Shown in pieces: positions 1-10,478 of a stretch of 64,000 nucleotides of DNA (position 1 is its first letter; every line of letters starts with the position of its first letter). This stretch comes from Candidatus Bathyarchaeia archaeon. Its GTDB lineage: Archaea; Thermoproteota; Bathyarchaeia; Bathyarchaeales; DTEX01. Where the stretch lies: the NCBI GenBank assembly GCA_038867895.1, contig JAWBXL010000003.1:9474-73473 (forward strand), written 5' to 3'. Made by a program: the position numbers and the translations under genes. The notes beneath the pieces are model-generated. The model made no database searches, was not told the DNA's origin, and was given only the letters and a program-made list of their open reading frames with translations.

Positions 1-1395
1 TACTGGAACATTTATTCCAAGCGGCATGGTTACCTCAGGCCTAAATATTCCCGCTCCACCGAACTCCATCCAGCCATAGCCTTCTTTATATGCCGAGAGC
101 TCGACGCTTGGCTCCGTAAATGGGAAGTAGTCTGGCCTAAACTTGACCCTGTCGGCGCCAGCAATCTCTATGGCGAAGCGCTCAAGCACGCCGAGTAAAT
201 CACGCAGTGTTAGACCCTCGCCGACAACTATGCCCTCAACCTGATTAAACTCGCTTAGATGCGCCTTATCAATGAGCTCCGGCCTATAGCAGCGACCTAT
301 TGCGAAATACTTCCCCGGAATCTCTAACTTATCGCTTACCAGCATTCTTATGCTAACGGCTGTTGTGTGGCTTCTTAAGATCAGCCTAGCAGCCATTAAG
401 GTTGAAAATTTGTATCCCCAGCCTCTAGAGCCCGTCTTCCACCCGCGCTCATGGGTCTCCTTTATCCGCCTCACTAAATCCATGTAGGGCATTAGATCAC
501 CATACTCGGGGTCTTTGACAAGATACATGTCATGTATCTCTCTAGCAGGGTGATCCTGCGGCATGTATAGCCCATCACAGTTGAATAGGCTTATCTCAAC
601 AATCGGTCCCCTCATTTCCTTAAATCCCAAGGCAATTAGTTTCTCGCAGACCTCATCTAAAAACCTTAGATATGGATGTTTTTTACCGGGCCATGTTCTG
701 GGCGCTGGGGCCCTAATATCGTATCTTGCCATCTTCTTCTCACGCCATTTGCCAGTAACTATTAGCTCCGGCGTTAGTTGTGTGATCTCCTCAATAGGCT
801 CTAACCCCTTCTCAAGCAAGCTCCATCCATCTTCAGTCAGCTCAATCTCCCGAACAGTCTCCTCATGTAAATCAATTATTCTTCTACCTTTAAGCAACTT
901 GAAGGCGCTCCTCAGATCCTCATCAAGATCCTCTAGGATCAGCTCACCAGCGTTTTTAAGAGTCTTTAATAGTCTCTCATCATTGCCCTCCTCGGGACTC
1001 CCTAAAATCCTAATCTTTTGTCTCTTTGAGTCTATGGTCGCCCAGCCCTTACGCGTGAGCCAGCCTAATGCTATTGGCGCCAAATTGCCTTTTATGGAAG
1101 CGGCTTCTAGAACCTCGTTTATTGGGGCCTCGCCTCCCATATTTATTACGGCCTCAGCCACTATCCTCTCAGGAAGCCCTTTCTCAGCATATTGTTTGCC
1201 CTCCTCATTAAGCGAAAACTTTGTCACTTTTTTCTCATGCACTTTAACAAGCCTCTTTATTTCGAGTGAAAGGGCTGCCCGCATTATGGCTGCCGAGGCT
1301 AAGCCGCTAATCTCGGCGATCCTCTCAATAGCTGCTTTTCCCCCAGCATCCTTTAATGCGATAAGAAGTTTTCTCTCATTTTCCCGTAAGCTCAC
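1..1395 (-). CDS. pheS: Phenylalanyl-tRNA synthetase alpha subunit (C-terminus cut by window edge)
   Basis: Absent from the ORF track because it runs off the left edge. My minus-strand translation from GTG at 1395 gives ...LFNCDGLYMPQDHPAREIHDMY...GRCYRPE...YFPFTEPSVE...GAGIFRPEV, the class II motifs typical of archaeal/eukaryal PheRS alpha. The 563..1414 + ORF (S/L/P-rich) is its antisense shadow. Confidence 0.9.
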   Translation of the reverse strand, partial: MSLRENERKLLIALKDAGGKAAIERIAEISGLASAAIMRAALSLEIKRLVKVHEKKVTKFSLNEEGKQYAEKGLPERIVAEAVINMGGEAPINEVLEAASIKGNLAPIALGWLTRKGWATIDSKRQKIRILGSPEEGNDERLLKTLKNAGELILEDLDEDLRSAFKLLKGRRIIDLHEETVREIELTEDGWSLLEKGLEPIEEITQLTPELIVTGKWREKKMARYDIRAPAPRTWPGKKHPYLRFLDEVCEKLIALGFKEMRGPIVEISLFNCDGLYMPQDHPAREIHDMYLVKDPEYGDLMPYMDLVRRIKETHERGWKTGSRGWGYKFSTLMAARLILRSHTTAVSIRMLVSDKLEIPGKYFAIGRCYRPELIDKAHLSEFNQVEGIVVGEGLTLRDLLGVLERFAIEIAGADRVKFRPDYFPFTEPSVELSAYKEGYGWMEFGGAGIFRPEVTMPLGINVPV

Positions 1396-1463
1396 GCGCC
1401 ATCCGCTCCACTAAAACATCGATTCTTCAGCAGCTCTCTCAAATTAATTTAATCTTTCTAGAT

Positions 1464-2504
1464 TTAAGATCTCTTAAACCATTCCTCAAGAGTCTTCTTT
1501 GCTTTAGCTTCCTTCATCCCCTTAATAGCTTCCTCGAGAGCTTTACGCACACGATCCTCTGAGAAGTCTCTTTCTCCGCATAAGAATTCCACAACACCAT
1601 CGATGTTAGGTTCCCTCCACTCTATAATGTAATTGTCGGTCACGTTTGGATGGAGAAATATTTCCTTAATCTTCTCTGGTTCAACAGGAAACTCCGCGCT
1701 CTTTAGCGTTGGTAGGACTCTCTCCAAGCTTCCATAAAGCTTTACTAATTTAAGCGCTGTCCTCGCTCCTATTCCCTTAACGCCCTCAGGATTATAATCT
1801 GTTCCAACAAGTATTCCTATCTCAATTAGCTGCTCATGAGTTATTCCCAGCTCTTTAAGAACCTTTTTTAATTCGATTATTTCTGGATTAACCTCAATAT
1901 AAACGTCCTTTCTCGGAAGCTTCCTTCTGCCGGTTATCGTTAGATTTCTCAGCAAATATGGCGCACCGAAGAGTAAGCTATCATAGTCTTGGCTTGCGCA
2001 ATAGTTTGCATCACCTCTCTTTACTAAATGCGCTGCCTGAGCCTCACCCTCAGATGGAGCTTGAACCCAAGGTACACCCATCAAGGTTAGAAGACGCTTC
2101 GCATCTTCAGCCATATAATCCTTCAGATGAGATGTCATTTGAGCGTACTTACGAGCATCCTCTATCCTACCCTCCCTCAAAGCAGCCTCATACTTTTTTA
2201 TGGCCTCCTCCTTTACCTTCATCCTACTTTTAATCTCAGCCTCCTTTAGGGCTGGTGGCTTTCCATCAAAAACATAAATGGGCTTTATTCCAACCTCAAG
2301 TAGATTGCATGTTCTATAAAATAGCCCGCTCAGATGGCTTGTTATTCTCCCAGAATTATCCATAAGGGGTGTTCCATCAGGCTGTCTTATTATCGCCAGG
2401 AACTGATAAAGCGCGTTATAAGCATCTATAGCAACGGATTTGCCGCGAAGAGCGTTTAAATCAATCGTAGTTTTTGGGACAAGATCCCCTAAATCAACAC
2501 CCAT
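1464..2504 (-). CDS. fen: Flap endonuclease 1
   Basis: MGVDLGDLV... N-terminus, XPG-N/XPG-I nuclease motifs (YVFDGKPP, GEAQAA, SQDYDSLLFG, GTDYN) and a C-terminal PIP-like LEEWF. Start moved to the internal Met at 2504, which matches the canonical FEN1 N-terminus. Confidence 0.93.
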   Translation of the reverse strand: MGVDLGDLVPKTTIDLNALRGKSVAIDAYNALYQFLAIIRQPDGTPLMDNSGRITSHLSGLFYRTCNLLEVGIKPIYVFDGKPPALKEAEIKSRMKVKEEAIKKYEAALREGRIEDARKYAQMTSHLKDYMAEDAKRLLTLMGVPWVQAPSEGEAQAAHLVKRGDANYCASQDYDSLLFGAPYLLRNLTITGRRKLPRKDVYIEVNPEIIELKKVLKELGITHEQLIEIGILVGTDYNPEGVKGIGARTALKLVKLYGSLERVLPTLKSAEFPVEPEKIKEIFLHPNVTDNYIIEWREPNIDGVVEFLCGERDFSEDRVRKALEEAIKGMKEAKAKKTLEEWFKRS

Positions 2505-2657
2505 TAAAATCAATCTCCAACATTGAATGCCCGCTAAAAATAATAGTAGTATGGTCATAAATTTCTTATTATTTTTTGTTAAAACTATTTTCGAGTTCAA
2601 GGATACCGTGATTAATAAATCTCGGTGGCATTTAAAATAGGCATCAAGATGTGGGCG

Positions 2658-3371
2658 CTAGAGGTATAATGAGCTGAAGAGTTTGGGTTTTCTTCCACTC
2701 TCTCTTCTATAAAATGCGACGAATCTATCTATTGTCATCTCCGTTATGACTATTATCTCCTCTATCGGTATGCCCGCATCCATTGCCTCCTCACCAAATA
2801 GTATTGATGCCCCAGAAGGTATCCCCTCCTCACCCTGCCAGAATGCTACCGCTATCCTCGCTCCATTCAACGGATTAATTTCAAAGCTCCATGTTGCTGT
2901 TGGATGGCTCATCATGCGCCCTCCTAAAGCGTTTACTGCTTTCTCGACCTCATGAGCCTCTGACCCATCCATCTCGACAGCCAAATAGTTAGTCATCCTC
3001 TTTTCATAAAGCTGAGCCGACGCTCCCCCCTTTAGATGGGTGATCCCCACAAGGCGCCCCCTATAATAGACTACTTTGCCCGCTAAGATTCTCTCAAATG
3101 CATTAAGCATGTATATGATGAGCTTAGACGCATCAACCTCTCTTCCCAAAGGGTCTATGAAGAAAGCCTCTATATTGTTGTTCGCCGTTAAAACCCGATA
3201 TTTTATACCTAGAACAGACGTCTCAAAGCCAATGCCCTCTTTTAATGGCTCTCCCCCAAAAGCACTTTTAATGATGCTTGGATCCCTAGCTGCTCCCATA
3301 ACTAAAGAATCAAGCTTCCCTCTATATTCTTGGGGAACCTCTAAGCGCCTCTCCAAAAATATACACCACAT
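2658..3371 (-). CDS. Conserved hypothetical protein (possibly DUF3786-like)
   Basis: 237-aa ORF with normal composition, divergent from moeA. Family assignment is from memory only. Confidence 0.45.
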   Translation of the reverse strand: MWCIFLERRLEVPQEYRGKLDSLVMGAARDPSIIKSAFGGEPLKEGIGFETSVLGIKYRVLTANNNIEAFFIDPLGREVDASKLIIYMLNAFERILAGKVVYYRGRLVGITHLKGGASAQLYEKRMTNYLAVEMDGSEAHEVEKAVNALGGRMMSHPTATWSFEINPLNGARIAVAFWQGEEGIPSGASILFGEEAMDAGIPIEEIIVITEMTIDRFVAFYRRESGRKPKLFSSLYL

Positions 3372-3456
3372 ATTTAGCTTTAATAAAAGAATTCATTTCC
3401 CTATAAAAAGTTTTTATGCTTGCGCTTATTTTTATCAAGGCTTGGAGAGGAATCAG

Positions 3457-4674
3457 ATGAGCGAGATCACGCCCTTTAAGCTTCTTGTATCACGTGAGGA
3501 AGCTTTGACCCTTCTCTTAAACTCTGTTAAGCCTGTTGATCGAACAGAGTTAGTCCCAATTGAAAGGGCTGTTGGCAGGGTTTTGGCATGCGACCTTGTG
3601 GCTAGCATGGATATTCCACCATTCGATAGGGCTGCTATGGACGGTTATGCCGTGAGGGCTGAGGATACCTATGGTGCCTCAGAGTTTAACCCTAAGGCGC
3701 TGAGGCTTATCGCCATATTACGCGCTGGTGAATCAGCAGATAAGCTTTTAGGGCATGGCGAATGCATCCGCATAGCTACTGGCTGCCCGATTCCACCAGG
3801 CGCAGATGCCGTTGTTATGGCAGAGTTCGCTGAGGAGAGAGGAAATGAGGTCTTAATTTATAAGGCTGTCCACCCTCTTGAAAATATCTCACCTAAGGGC
3901 GAGGATATAAAGAAAGGTGAAGTGGTGGTACGAGGTGGCGAGGTTTTAACTCCCGCGAAGATAGGGGTCTTCGCGGCTCTTGGACTAAGAAAGGCTCTTG
4001 TCTACCAAAAGCCTCGTGTGGCGATTATACCGACTGGCGTTGAGGTTAGAGAGTTCGGCTTTGAAATTAGAGAGGGATGTGTTTATGACGTAAACTCCTA
4101 CACTTTGGCATCAATCCTACTGGAGAATGGTGCTGTTGCCACAAGAGCCCCAATTATTCCAGATTCCTATGAAGCCCTTAAATTGGCATTGCATAGGCAC
4201 ATAGATCATGATATGATAGTTTTTTCCGGAGGAAGCTCCGTAGGAGAGCGGGATATTCTGGCCAAGGTTATAGAGGATGAGGGGAAACTGATATTCCATG
4301 GAGTTCAGATAAAGCCTGGGAAACCAACACTTTTTGGCGTAGTTAAGAATAAACCCATTCTCGGTATGCCCGGCTACCCAGCATCATGCTTAAGCAACGC
4401 ATACGTCTTCCTTGTTCCAGCAGTACGGAAAATGGCTAGGCTTCCGCCTAAGAAGCCAAGTATTGTTAGGGCTAAAATGGCTAGACGCTTTGTCTCATCA
4501 ACTGGGAGAGAGCAGTTTCTTACGGTTAAGATAGTTGATGGAAAGGCTTATCCCGTCTTCAAGAAGTCCGGTGACATAACAAGCCTCTCGAAAGCTGACG
4601 GATACATCATCCTACCAGTAAACTTGGATGTAATAAATGAGGGAGATGAGGTAGAAGTAATTTTGTTTGAATAA
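3457..4674 (+). CDS. moeA: Molybdopterin molybdenumtransferase MoeA
   Basis: IPPFDRAAMDGYAVRAEDT, SPKGEDIKKGE, FSGGSSVGERD, GVQIKPGKPT and GYPAS are MoeA/gephyrin-E hallmarks. Start set at ATG 3457, because the upstream ORF extension overlaps the divergent gene. Confidence 0.9.
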   Translation: MSEITPFKLLVSREEALTLLLNSVKPVDRTELVPIERAVGRVLACDLVASMDIPPFDRAAMDGYAVRAEDTYGASEFNPKALRLIAILRAGESADKLLGHGECIRIATGCPIPPGADAVVMAEFAEERGNEVLIYKAVHPLENISPKGEDIKKGEVVVRGGEVLTPAKIGVFAALGLRKALVYQKPRVAIIPTGVEVREFGFEIREGCVYDVNSYTLASILLENGAVATRAPIIPDSYEALKLALHRHIDHDMIVFSGGSSVGERDILAKVIEDEGKLIFHGVQIKPGKPTLFGVVKNKPILGMPGYPASCLSNAYVFLVPAVRKMARLPPKKPSIVRAKMARRFVSSTGREQFLTVKIVDGKAYPVFKKSGDITSLSKADGYIILPVNLDVINEGDEVEVILFE

Positions 4675-5220
4675 TTATTTTGTTTTTCTTATTAACGTGT
4701 ACTTTTCTATAACATCGATTAATGTGCTTAAAATTAGACCGAAAGAAATGCCGGCAACCACCCCAGTTATTAATCTAATCGGGTTTATGCTAATCCATAA
4801 TCCATTGATTTGTCCAAGTGAGTCAATCATGAGAGGGGCATAACCAATGAAAAGAATCGCTAAAACCCTTTTGTGAATTTTTTCATCAATCCTCATTTTG
4901 ACAATTATTGATGATATTGTGCCGAAGGAGACTCCCATAAAGATCCCAAAGCACCTTGCGCATATTGGCATTTGGTTTCCGTTGATGAAGAAAGATCTCT
5001 CGCTCATTTGATGGCACCAGAAATCGCCAAAAAAGTAAATCTGCTGGCAAGGAAAGGGCAATCTCAAAATCAATGGATAATTATCTATAATGCCAGGGTT
5101 CCCAGTCAAATCTTTGATGGCGTTTTCTGGTTGAAGTAGGGGACAAAGAATTAGGAGGACTAGAAATATTAAGGCGGTAATTGAAAGAACAATTTTTACG
5201 GATTTGAATAAATTAAACAT
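4675..5220 (-). CDS. DUF2085-family membrane protein
   Basis: Multi-TM protein with a CHQMSERSF...MPICARCFGIF Cys motif, as in DUF2085. Confidence 0.65.
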   Translation of the reverse strand: MFNLFKSVKIVLSITALIFLVLLILCPLLQPENAIKDLTGNPGIIDNYPLILRLPFPCQQIYFFGDFWCHQMSERSFFINGNQMPICARCFGIFMGVSFGTISSIIVKMRIDEKIHKRVLAILFIGYAPLMIDSLGQINGLWISINPIRLITGVVAGISFGLILSTLIDVIEKYTLIRKTK

Positions 5221-5326
5221 GAAATCCCCGCCATTAAAATTTTTGGTGGAGAGCGGATATACTACACTCTAATAGTTAGCTTTCAAATGGTTCTCTTTCT
5301 TTGTTAGGATATAGTCCTCTTGTTAG

Positions 5327-5737
5327 TTAAGTTAATGTAGGAGGCGCCGGGGGTGTCTCGGATGGCGGCTTCCAGATTAGTCCAAGGATTCCTCCGATCA
5401 ATCCGAGAATAAACCCGATTACGAATCCGCCGCCACTAAAGATGAGACTTAGAATAGAAAATATTATGACGAGTATACTACCATTCCTAACGCTTGTGGG
5501 TTCTGTTTTGTTTATCATTACTGCACCTATAATCACAATTATGCCAAATACTACCCCCAGAGCCATATAAATGAATAATATTGTTCCCAGTAGGGCGGCT
5601 TGGGGCGCGATGGGTCCAATGGCTCCCATCATTGAACCACATATGGTGCCCAGGGCAGCGTAGCTCAGACCGCCTATCAAGATGAATATCCCACCTATTA
5701 ATGATAACACGAATGCGGCTGTGGGTTTTTCGCTCAT
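5327..5737 (-). CDS. Small Gly-rich integral membrane protein
   Basis: Four predicted TM segments and a Pro-rich tail. ATG 5737 is preceded by an AGGGGA Shine-Dalgarno-like motif. Confidence 0.45.
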   Translation of the reverse strand: MSEKPTAAFVLSLIGGIFILIGGLSYAALGTICGSMMGAIGPIAPQAALLGTILFIYMALGVVFGIIVIIGAVMINKTEPTSVRNGSILVIIFSILSLIFSGGGFVIGFILGLIGGILGLIWKPPSETPPAPPTLT

Positions 5738-5862
5738 GGAATTTCCCCTTTTTATCAAATGTATCCCTTTCTTTCTCTTATAAGGCTTTTCATCAGTAAC
5801 CTCTTACATATCTATGCAACATATTTAAGGAAGAGCGTTTATTTTTAAAGAGAGGAGTCTAT

Positions 5863-6174
5863 TTGGGCAAAAAGAAGGTTGTTAGTGAAGAAGAGATTAG
5901 TGAGGAACTGATGCTTCCTTCCGGAAACGATGTCTTAGGGATAGTTGTGAAAATGCTTGGTTATGATCGTGTTCTCGTTAAGTGTCAGGATGGTTATGAG
6001 CGTATATGCCGTATAAGGGGTAAGCTTAAGCGCAAGTTATGGATAAGAGTTGGTGATATTGTTTTAGTCTCTCCATGGGATTTTCAGCGCGAATCTCGGG
6101 GCGACGTGATCTGGAGATACACAAAGGGGCAGGCAGAGCACTTACGAAGGATTGGGCTCCTAACGCTACAATAA
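5863..6174 (+). CDS. eif1a: Translation initiation factor aIF-1A
   Basis: S1/OB fold signature GIVVKMLGYDRVLVKCQDGYERICRIRGKLKRKLWIRVGDIVLVSPWDFQ. TTG start. Confidence 0.9.
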   Translation: MGKKKVVSEEEISEELMLPSGNDVLGIVVKMLGYDRVLVKCQDGYERICRIRGKLKRKLWIRVGDIVLVSPWDFQRESRGDVIWRYTKGQAEHLRRIGLLTLQ

Positions 6175-6195
6175 TTAATGATATGAGGCTACTTA

Positions 6196-6999
6196 ATGTC
6201 TCTTAAAGATAGGGTTAAGAAAGAAATTGAGCGTGAAGAAAGAGAGTATGAGATTGCACAGCGGATGAAGGAAAAGAGAAGCGAGGAGTACGAGGTCCTT
6301 GAGGAGGTCTTCGATAGATCAACTTTGATGACCATATATGAGTTCATGAACGATTGTATAATAAAAGAGATTTACGGAGTCGTGAGTTCAGGTAAGGAAT
6401 CAAGAATATATTGGGGAATCGGACCAAACGATGAGGAAATAGCGATAAAGATCTTCTTAACTGTTTCAGCGGAGTTTAGGAAAGGTAGGCTTCCTTATAT
6501 TCTTGGTGATCCAAGATTCAAGAATGTGAAAAGAGATATAAGACATCTAGTTTATCAATGGGCGCAGAAGGAATTTAGGAATCTAAAGCTGGCGTATGAG
6601 GCTAAGGTTAGAGTTCCGCATCCAATAGCCATAAAAAAGAATGTTCTTATAATGGAGTTTATAGGCAAAAATGGTGTTAGCGCCCCCCTCTTAAGGGAAG
6701 TCGAGCTAAAGAATCCTGAGAAATTTTATTACAATATTCTTCTTCATGTCAAGAGACTTTATAGAGGAGCAAAGCTGGTCCACGGAGACTTAAGCGAATA
6801 TAATATAATGGTTTGGAGAGGCAGACCAATTTTGTTTGACTTCTCCCAAGCAATTTCAATTGAGCATCCAACAGCATCTCAATTCCTGATCCGAGACATC
6901 GAAAATATAAATAGATTTTTTTCTAAGCTTGGTGTAAATGTTATTGATGTGGAGGAAATATGTAGGGTGATTACGGGTGGCGCGAAGTCTTCTCATTAA
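6196..6999 (+). CDS. rio1: RIO1-type serine protein kinase
   Basis: RIO domain motifs SSGKESRIY, AIKIF, LIMEFIG and LVHGDLSEYNIM. Sits in the conserved aIF1A-rio1-KH neighbourhood. Confidence 0.9.
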   Translation: MSLKDRVKKEIEREEREYEIAQRMKEKRSEEYEVLEEVFDRSTLMTIYEFMNDCIIKEIYGVVSSGKESRIYWGIGPNDEEIAIKIFLTVSAEFRKGRLPYILGDPRFKNVKRDIRHLVYQWAQKEFRNLKLAYEAKVRVPHPIAIKKNVLIMEFIGKNGVSAPLLREVELKNPEKFYYNILLHVKRLYRGAKLVHGDLSEYNIMVWRGRPILFDFSQAISIEHPTASQFLIRDIENINRFFSKLGVNVIDVEEICRVITGGAKSSH

Positions 7000-7555
7000 G
7001 ATACCTAAAGAAAGGATCGGGGTCCTAGTTGGAACCGAAGGTAATGTCAAAGAATATATACAGAGGAGGCTACCAGTCGTCCTTGATATTGATGGTGAGA
7101 CTGGTGACGTAACAGTAACTTTGAAGGAAGGTGCTGAGGATCCATCTCTCCTGTTTAAGGCTAGGGATGTGGTTTTAGCTATTGGAAGGGGTTTCTCGCC
7201 AGAAAGGGCTTTTAGGCTCCTTGATAGTGAGGATACTATGCTAGACGTAATTGATCTAAGAGAGTTTCTTGGCAAATCTGAATCGGAGTTGAGGAGAGTT
7301 AGGGGGAGGATTATTGGTAAGGATGGAAAGGCTAGGAAGATGATTGAGGAGTTGAGTGGTGCCCTAGTGTCTGTTTATGGGCATACGGTTGCAATAATAG
7401 GCGACTTTGACCAGGTTAACATTGCAAGAGAAGCAATATTAAAGCTAATAAATGGAAGTGAGCACTCAACGGTCTACAAGTTCCTTCAGAAAAAGAGGCA
7501 GGAGATGAAGATAAGGCGCCTCGAGCTTTGGGAGGGTAGCTCCTTAACATCCTAA
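6977..7555 (+). CDS. KH-domain RNA-binding protein (archaeal Dim2/Pno1-like)
   Basis: Two KH-like modules (IGVLVGTEGNV and GRIIGKDGKARKMIEE). GTG start overlaps the rio1 end by 23 nt. Confidence 0.8.
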   Translation: MARSLLIKIPKERIGVLVGTEGNVKEYIQRRLPVVLDIDGETGDVTVTLKEGAEDPSLLFKARDVVLAIGRGFSPERAFRLLDSEDTMLDVIDLREFLGKSESELRRVRGRIIGKDGKARKMIEELSGALVSVYGHTVAIIGDFDQVNIAREAILKLINGSEHSTVYKFLQKKRQEMKIRRLELWEGSSLTS

Positions 7556-7611
7556 TCTAGATAAGCATGTTATGAAAATTGAATTGTCTTTAACTAAAAG
7601 TCAGAAACAGC

Positions 7612-9165
7612 ATGATCCTTACTAAAACTTTGGGGGTGCAAGTGATAAGCCAAGTTTTTCAGGAGATAAGCCCGGCTGACTTTTTCTATAGGAATAAAGA
7701 GATAGCTGGCTTCTCTAACCCGGCCAGAGCGATTTTTTCGGCCATTAGAGAGCTTATTGAGAATTCACTTGATGCAACTGAGCCTATTGGCATCCTACCA
7801 GACATTTATATACGCTTATCATCTATCGGCGGGTCTGAGGAGGAGGGCTTCTATACTCTCAGAATTGAAGATAATGGTTCAGGTATTCCATCTGATTATA
7901 TTCCACTAGCCTTCTGCCAATTCCTCTTTAGCTCAAAATATAAGCTTAGGCAGTCCCGCGGAACCTTCGGCTTAGGCGGAACGATGACAATACTCTATGG
8001 ACAGATAACAACTAATAAGCCAGTTAAGGTCGTATCGAGTACTGGCGGCTCGAAGATACATGAGTATACATTAATGATAGATATTGAGCGGAACCGCCCA
8101 ATAATTCTTGAGGAAAAGACATACGAAAATAAGGAGCGGTGGCATGGCACAATAGTTGAAGTTAACCTTGAAGGAGATTACTCGAAGGCGAAGCCAAAGG
8201 TGATCGAGTATCTTAAGCAGACCGCCATCGCCAACCCATACGCTAACATCATGTTTGTTGATCCGAAGGGCCGCCTATACAAGTTTGAGAGAACCGTATC
8301 GACGCTTCCACCACAACCCAAGGAGACCCTCCCGCACCCTCATGGCGTTGATGTCGAAACAATGTATCGTATGATACGCGTAACCCAATGTAAAAATTTC
8401 TTAGACTTTATGCAGAAACACTTCCATAGAGTTGGCAAGCAAATAGCGAGGAGCTTTCTGGAGTTCGCTGGTTTCCCAGAAGATACGGATCCAAAGAAGC
8501 TTAAGCCTGAGGAAATAGTTAGGCTGGTTCAGGCCATGAGGAACTTTAACGGCTTCCTTCCTCCAGACGCGAGCTGCCTATCGCCTTTAGGCGAGGAGAT
8601 ACTTAAGGCTGGTATCCTAAAGGAGCTTGAGCCCGAGTTTGTTGCGGTTACGCAGCGTAAGCCCTCAGCGTACTCTGGGCACCCTTTCATTGTTGAGGTT
8701 GGGATAGCGTACGGTGGTAAAGTCCCGGCGAGGGGCGACAATGAAATAACATTATACAGGTTTGCTAATAAGATACCGCTAGTATACGATGAGTCTGGCG
8801 ACGTCAGCTGGAAGGTGATTAAGTCGATTGAGTGGCGGAGATATAGGGTTGAGATGGGCATGCCCATAGCAGTTCTAGTTCATATATGCAGCACGAAGAT
8901 TCCATGGAAGACCGTTGGTAAAGAAATGATCGCGGATAGACCTGAAATAAGTCGGGAGATTCTGAATGGTATAAGGGAGGTTGCGCGTAAGCTTAAGGTC
9001 TACTTGTCGAGGAAGGAAAGAGTTAAGCATGAGAAGGTTCGTCTCTCCGTTTTCGCAAGATATCTACCGAAAATAGCTGAGTTTTCAGCTAAGCTTGCGG
9101 GGAAGGAGAAAGCGCCCGACATAAAGAATCTTTTGAGGAAGGTGGGGAGATTTGAAGAGAATTAG
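7612..9165 (+). CDS. top6B: DNA topoisomerase VI subunit B
   Basis: GHKL ATPase Bergerat fold motifs (ELIENSLDA, EDNGSGIP, GTFGLGG), a transducer domain and ~517 aa length. Confidence 0.92.
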   Translation: MILTKTLGVQVISQVFQEISPADFFYRNKEIAGFSNPARAIFSAIRELIENSLDATEPIGILPDIYIRLSSIGGSEEEGFYTLRIEDNGSGIPSDYIPLAFCQFLFSSKYKLRQSRGTFGLGGTMTILYGQITTNKPVKVVSSTGGSKIHEYTLMIDIERNRPIILEEKTYENKERWHGTIVEVNLEGDYSKAKPKVIEYLKQTAIANPYANIMFVDPKGRLYKFERTVSTLPPQPKETLPHPHGVDVETMYRMIRVTQCKNFLDFMQKHFHRVGKQIARSFLEFAGFPEDTDPKKLKPEEIVRLVQAMRNFNGFLPPDASCLSPLGEEILKAGILKELEPEFVAVTQRKPSAYSGHPFIVEVGIAYGGKVPARGDNEITLYRFANKIPLVYDESGDVSWKVIKSIEWRRYRVEMGMPIAVLVHICSTKIPWKTVGKEMIADRPEISREILNGIREVARKLKVYLSRKERVKHEKVRLSVFARYLPKIAEFSAKLAGKEKAPDIKNLLRKVGRFEEN

Positions 9166-10240
9166 GTTCTCCGCGAGGGAGAAGAGGAAAGAAGTTCTTA
9201 TAAGGCTTGAGAATTTTGGGCATGGAATATATGAGCAGTTAGAGGTGGGTCTTTTCCCACAAATCGCCATGCCCAGTAGATCAATCGATAATATATATTA
9301 TGACCCAAACCTTAGGCAGTATGTACTTGGAAATAAGAAGAAAAGAAGAAGCGCTGGCAATATCAGGCATATCAGATCGGTAGCTCAGCTAGTTTGGATG
9401 GCTTTCTTCGCTCATGAGCTAACGTTGAATCAGAAGACATCGACTCTTAGGGACGTCTTTTACTCAGCGCAGGCGTACGAGATCCCCTTTGAGAGCCAAG
9501 ATGAATCTGACAATATAATAACTGATCTAGAGAGTATTCTAGGCTGCGCTAGGGAGGACTTTAATGTCTTTCCAGAGGAGAGATCCGCGGTCTTTGGAGA
9601 TCTAACTATAGAATATACCGTTCCAAACTATGAGGGAAAGCGCCTTAACCTGACATCCCATCCAGACGGTGTTATGATCGGCCCAGCCTTAACATCCGCG
9701 GAATTTGTTGAGACAAGCGCCGATAAAGTTATAGCTGTTGAGAAGGGTGGTCTCTTCACAAGATTTATTGAGGAAAGGGTTCATGAAAGATTTAATGCCG
9801 TTCTAGTCTTTCTCGGCGGGCAGGCGCCTCGCTCAACAAGATACTTTATCCGTAGACTAAATCAGGAGCTCAGCTTGCCAGTCTATATATTTACTGACGC
9901 GGATCCATGGGGTATGCACATAGCCATGGTGATAATTTCTGGCTCGGCCAATGCAGCCCACCTAAAAGATTTAACGACACCTGACGCAAAGTGGGCTGGC
10001 GTCTGGGCATCGGACATCGTAAATTATAAGTTGCCAAGCGATAAACTGGATGATCTTGATATTAAGCGGCTTAATGAGCTCATGCGCGATCCAAGATATA
10101 AAGAGGATGAGCTCTGGCAGAGGGAGCTGGACATGTTTATGAAGATACAGAAGAAATGTGAGCTTGAAGCATTCTCAAGATACGGGTTAACCCATATAGT
10201 AGATAAATATCTGCCAGAAAGATTAAAGGAGATGGAATAA
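9152..10240 (+). CDS. top6A: DNA topoisomerase VI subunit A (Spo11 homologue)
   Basis: Winged-helix plus Toprim domains (VIAVEKGG, IFTDADPWGMHI). Overlaps top6B by 14 nt, consistent with translational coupling. Confidence 0.92.
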   Translation: MKRIRFSAREKRKEVLIRLENFGHGIYEQLEVGLFPQIAMPSRSIDNIYYDPNLRQYVLGNKKKRRSAGNIRHIRSVAQLVWMAFFAHELTLNQKTSTLRDVFYSAQAYEIPFESQDESDNIITDLESILGCAREDFNVFPEERSAVFGDLTIEYTVPNYEGKRLNLTSHPDGVMIGPALTSAEFVETSADKVIAVEKGGLFTRFIEERVHERFNAVLVFLGGQAPRSTRYFIRRLNQELSLPVYIFTDADPWGMHIAMVIISGSANAAHLKDLTTPDAKWAGVWASDIVNYKLPSDKLDDLDIKRLNELMRDPRYKEDELWQRELDMFMKIQKKCELEAFSRYGLTHIVDKYLPERLKEME

Positions 10241-10253
10241 ATGCAGGTTTAGG

Positions 10254-10478
10254 TTGGGGGAAGCCTTGGAGAGAACGCGTAAAAGAGGGGAATCATTATT
10301 ACTGATTTTCACGGAGCGTTTAATTGGATTCATACTAATGATACTTAGCATAATATTGTTGCATGGCGCCTATAGCGTTTGGACAAGCCTTGGGGAAACA
10401 GTCTCATCGCTTTTCATAGCAATCGGCATAGTCCTTCTTATTCTAGGCCTAATAATGCTTCTCTCAAGAATAGAGTAA
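10254..10478 (+). CDS. Small two-TM membrane protein (hypothetical)
   Basis: 74-aa ORF with two hydrophobic helices. No recognisable family. Confidence 0.3.
   Translation: MGEALERTRKRGESLLLIFTERLIGFILMILSIILLHGAYSVWTSLGETVSSLFIAIGIVLLILGLIMLLSRIE

Noticed and set aside
563-1414. 283-aa plus-strand ORF at the left end
   Set aside because: Ser/Leu/Pro-rich low-complexity translation. The opposite strand encodes a clean PheRS alpha subunit across the same span, so this is an antisense shadow ORF.
2505-2600. N-terminal 32-aa extension of the FEN1 ORF (MNSKIVLTKNNKK...)
   Set aside because: FEN1 proteins begin MG(V/I).... The extension is hydrophobic, unlike the family, and lies in A/T-rich promoter-like sequence.
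3076-3456. Upstream 127 codons of the 532-aa MoeA ORF
   Set aside because: This part overlaps the divergent gene 2658..3371 and has shadow-like composition. The MoeA homology starts at MSEITPFK (3457).
6856-7275. 139-aa minus-strand ORF
   Set aside because: Antisense to rio1 and the KH gene, with Ser/Leu/Arg-rich composition.
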